Below, in pieces: positions 61,228-64,000 of a stretch of DNA of 64,000 bases. The position numbers and the translations under genes were made by a program. The stretch is from Sphagnum compactum. Taxonomy: Eukaryota. A model generated the notes under the pieces. The model worked only from the letters and a program-made list of their open reading frames with translations, made no database searches and was not told where the DNA came from. The DNA is taken from contig OZ234494.1 in assembly GCA_965153455.1 (NCBI GenBank), positions 12,028,001 through 12,092,000 on the forward strand, given 5' to 3'. Each line of letters begins with the position of its first letter. Positions within the stretch are counted from its first letter, which is position 1.

Positions 61228-64000
61228 CCAACCCATGTTTTCTTTGTCTTTCTCCCGTGTTTTCTCTATCTCTTTTTGTTTTTATCTTCCTTTGTTATAT
61301 TTCTTTCATGTATTTTTCTCCTTCTTGGATTTGCTTGCTTCTCACTACCCCTCTTTTCACCTTGAAACTTTGTTTTTGTACATGGGTGGTGTTCAAGATG
61401 GCATGTGGCATTGCAAAATGTGCCAAATCAACATTGTGAATTAAGCTTTTTTTTGGCTAGATGTAATTGAAGATTTAACGAGTGTAAAAAAAAAAGAATA
61501 ACTTTCAATTTTCAATGAAAAATTCTTTTTAAAAAATAAAATATAACAAACTTAGTTTGTAATGGAAGTTGCACTTTTATGTACCCATTTTGAGAGAGCA
61601 AAGGAGAGTGATTGCTTACTACAAATAATTGCAAGCATTTTTATTTATTCATGTAGTTGTGAAAAGAAAGTGTTATTGAGATATTTTTGGATTGAGTTTT
61701 TGTTTTTTAGGAATAACAACGTTCATAAATTTTATTTTTATCAATGTAGTTTGTGGACAAATGTTTTTGAATTTGAGTATTTGGTTGCTAAGAACAAGCT
61801 TCATATTTCACTTGTATTCATGTAGTTGTGGAAGATAATATGTGTTTTAGATTTAGCTATTTGAGTCATTTCTCCTTCCTCTTCTTTCTATCAAATTTCC
61901 ACCGAAGTCCCCATGATCATGTGAAACTAAACTTATAACCAATTGGATTTGGAGCTCCAATTCCCAAAACAAAACCTAGAAGATTTAACGCCCATTTTAA
62001 AAAAGAATTAACAAGTATTATGTAGTTTCTCATTGATTGCAAAGTAGCCTTATAAGCAATGTGTAGAACTTTAACTAGATCAAATGCTTTAGTTCAATGT
62101 TGGGAATTTATGCATCAATGTTTGAAGCCTTTATGTCTTGATATATTAGAGCTTTTGTATGTCATTGCATTAGTGAACTATATATAAGGGAATCGATAAA
62201 CTATGCATTAATTTATCAAACATTTTTATTAATGATCCATGCCATAATGTATGATTGTACTACTTGGAGGAATGTGTTTCAATTTTTTAAGTTTATAACT
62301 TAGCAATGTGGGTGTTATGGTTCTAGTTCCAAACATTGTTTCAATTTATGCACATCCCCTTATTACAATTGCATTACATGACATTGAACTAAGAAAATGA
62401 TATCTTGCATGTATGTTATGATCTTGTGAATATATACAACCTCACACCGCAAGGTGTTTGTCACTACCATCCTTATGATTTCACATCATCACTTGGTTTT
62501 AAGTGCAACACTAATAGTTGCACAATAAATTAGAAGTTGTAAAATACATGAAGATAGATTAGGTGTGGTCTATCATTGAGACATATTCAAATAAAAGTGA
62601 GCCTACATGATTCAATATTTGTGAGAATACAATAGGCTAACAAAGATTGTGACAAACTCAAAATTACATGTTTTTAGGGGAGATTAATTTTTGTTGGTCA
62701 AAAATTATATCACTATTTTCATCAATGTTATAAACAATCACCATTAACATTGAATGGCATTAAAACATTTTGCATAAAATTTGAAACAACAATATCACTA
62801 AATGCTGCAAAATGTTAATACATTGAAAGTCTATGACACTAAAAACACCTCAATACCATAAACTAAAGTTATTATTACTTATCCAAATGTTTTGCATCGG
62901 CATAGTCTATGAGTTTTAAAAAATATTATAATTTTCATGGAAGCTAGATTGTATATTGTGTGATGCAATACTTTTGATGAACACTACGATACACATACGT
63001 GACAAGGTTGAAGTGTTGTGAACCTTGGAAACCTAAAAAAGAAAATGGGATCATGTGGCTATTAATTATTAATTAAGGACTATCTTCACCATCTTCATAT
63101 GTTTTATAAACAAGTCACCATCACAATTGAATGGCATGAATAATTTAAATCTTGAGGGAATTCAGTTCACTATCCATATAAAGTATGAATTTGTAGACTT
63201 CAAATTGGATCCCAATGCTACATAAATTACATTAAAAATATTTATATTGAAGGTACATCAAAGTATTCAAGCTTATACACCCAGAATTTTTTAAGTGCGG
63301 AATTGATAATAGTTGATTATTTTGTGAAGAGCTCTTTAGCACTCACAAAGGTTGCATTTTATGGCATATTTCATATATAATATTTATAAATAATTTATTA
63401 AATATTAAATATTAATTTATGTCTTAATTAATTTAATTACTACTAAACTAAAAACTACATTAAATTATTAGCCCTTAATTTAAATTAATCAATTTAATTT
63501 AGAAAATTTGTGAAATTAATTCATTTAGATAATTAATTTTTCATATTTAACTTCTTAAATAATTAATTAAACTGAATAATAAAATATTCATATGAATTTA
63601 TTAATCAAATTTAGATAAGTATATGTCTAAAATCAGATAATTAATTATTAGATATTTAATTCAAATAATTATGTCAAATTTTTAATTATAAACTTCAGAT
63701 TAATTAAAGAATTAAAATCAAACACAAAACATGTGGGAAAATCTATTTTGTATTGTAACTAAGGTGCACCTAAAAGATTTAACCCATATGTTTTTGTCTT
63801 CAATATTTCATTTCACAAATTATATAAAGGAGGCGTTTTCTCTTGCATTCTCACAATAAAATACATGTGTTATATTGGGATGAGTTCATAAAAGTTTAAT
63901 CCTAAAAACAAAACATAAAACAAAATAATTTTTTTTTATGTGGCCATTATTTAGTTCACATACCTTTTTAGTATTCTACCTTCCTACCCACCTATTTACT

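Noticed and set aside
60307-61444. Several 70-140 aa ORFs
   Set aside because: They are chance ORFs over the GC-rich solo LTR and a T-rich flank.

Overview
Eukaryotic, intron-rich land-plant DNA. The repeat landscape and gene style suggest a moss such as Sphagnum, which is inference only. It holds three recognisable spliced genes: a PTAC7/PAP12-like plastid RNA polymerase-associated protein (+, ~14.6-17.3 kb), tubulin-folding cofactor D (-, 18.8-28.5 kb) and a DUF789 protein (-, 32.0-35.3 kb). The AT-rich remainder carries decayed TEs: a solo LTR with TSD, a hAT transposase relic, hAT MITEs, a PIF/Harbinger Myb-ORF relic, Helitron-like ends and a tRNA-like SINE head. The standout is at 646-7063, a degenerate Ty3/Gypsy polyprotein with the order Gag/Zn-knuckle, aspartic protease, DNMT3-like C5 cytosine methyltransferase (motifs I, II, IV, VI, VIII, IX, X; catalytic Pro-Cys intact), RT, RNase H, integrase and a C-terminal PHD finger. 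This retrotransposon encoded both a DNA-methylation writer and a histone reader. All family calls come from manual translation and motif recognition; no database searches were run.
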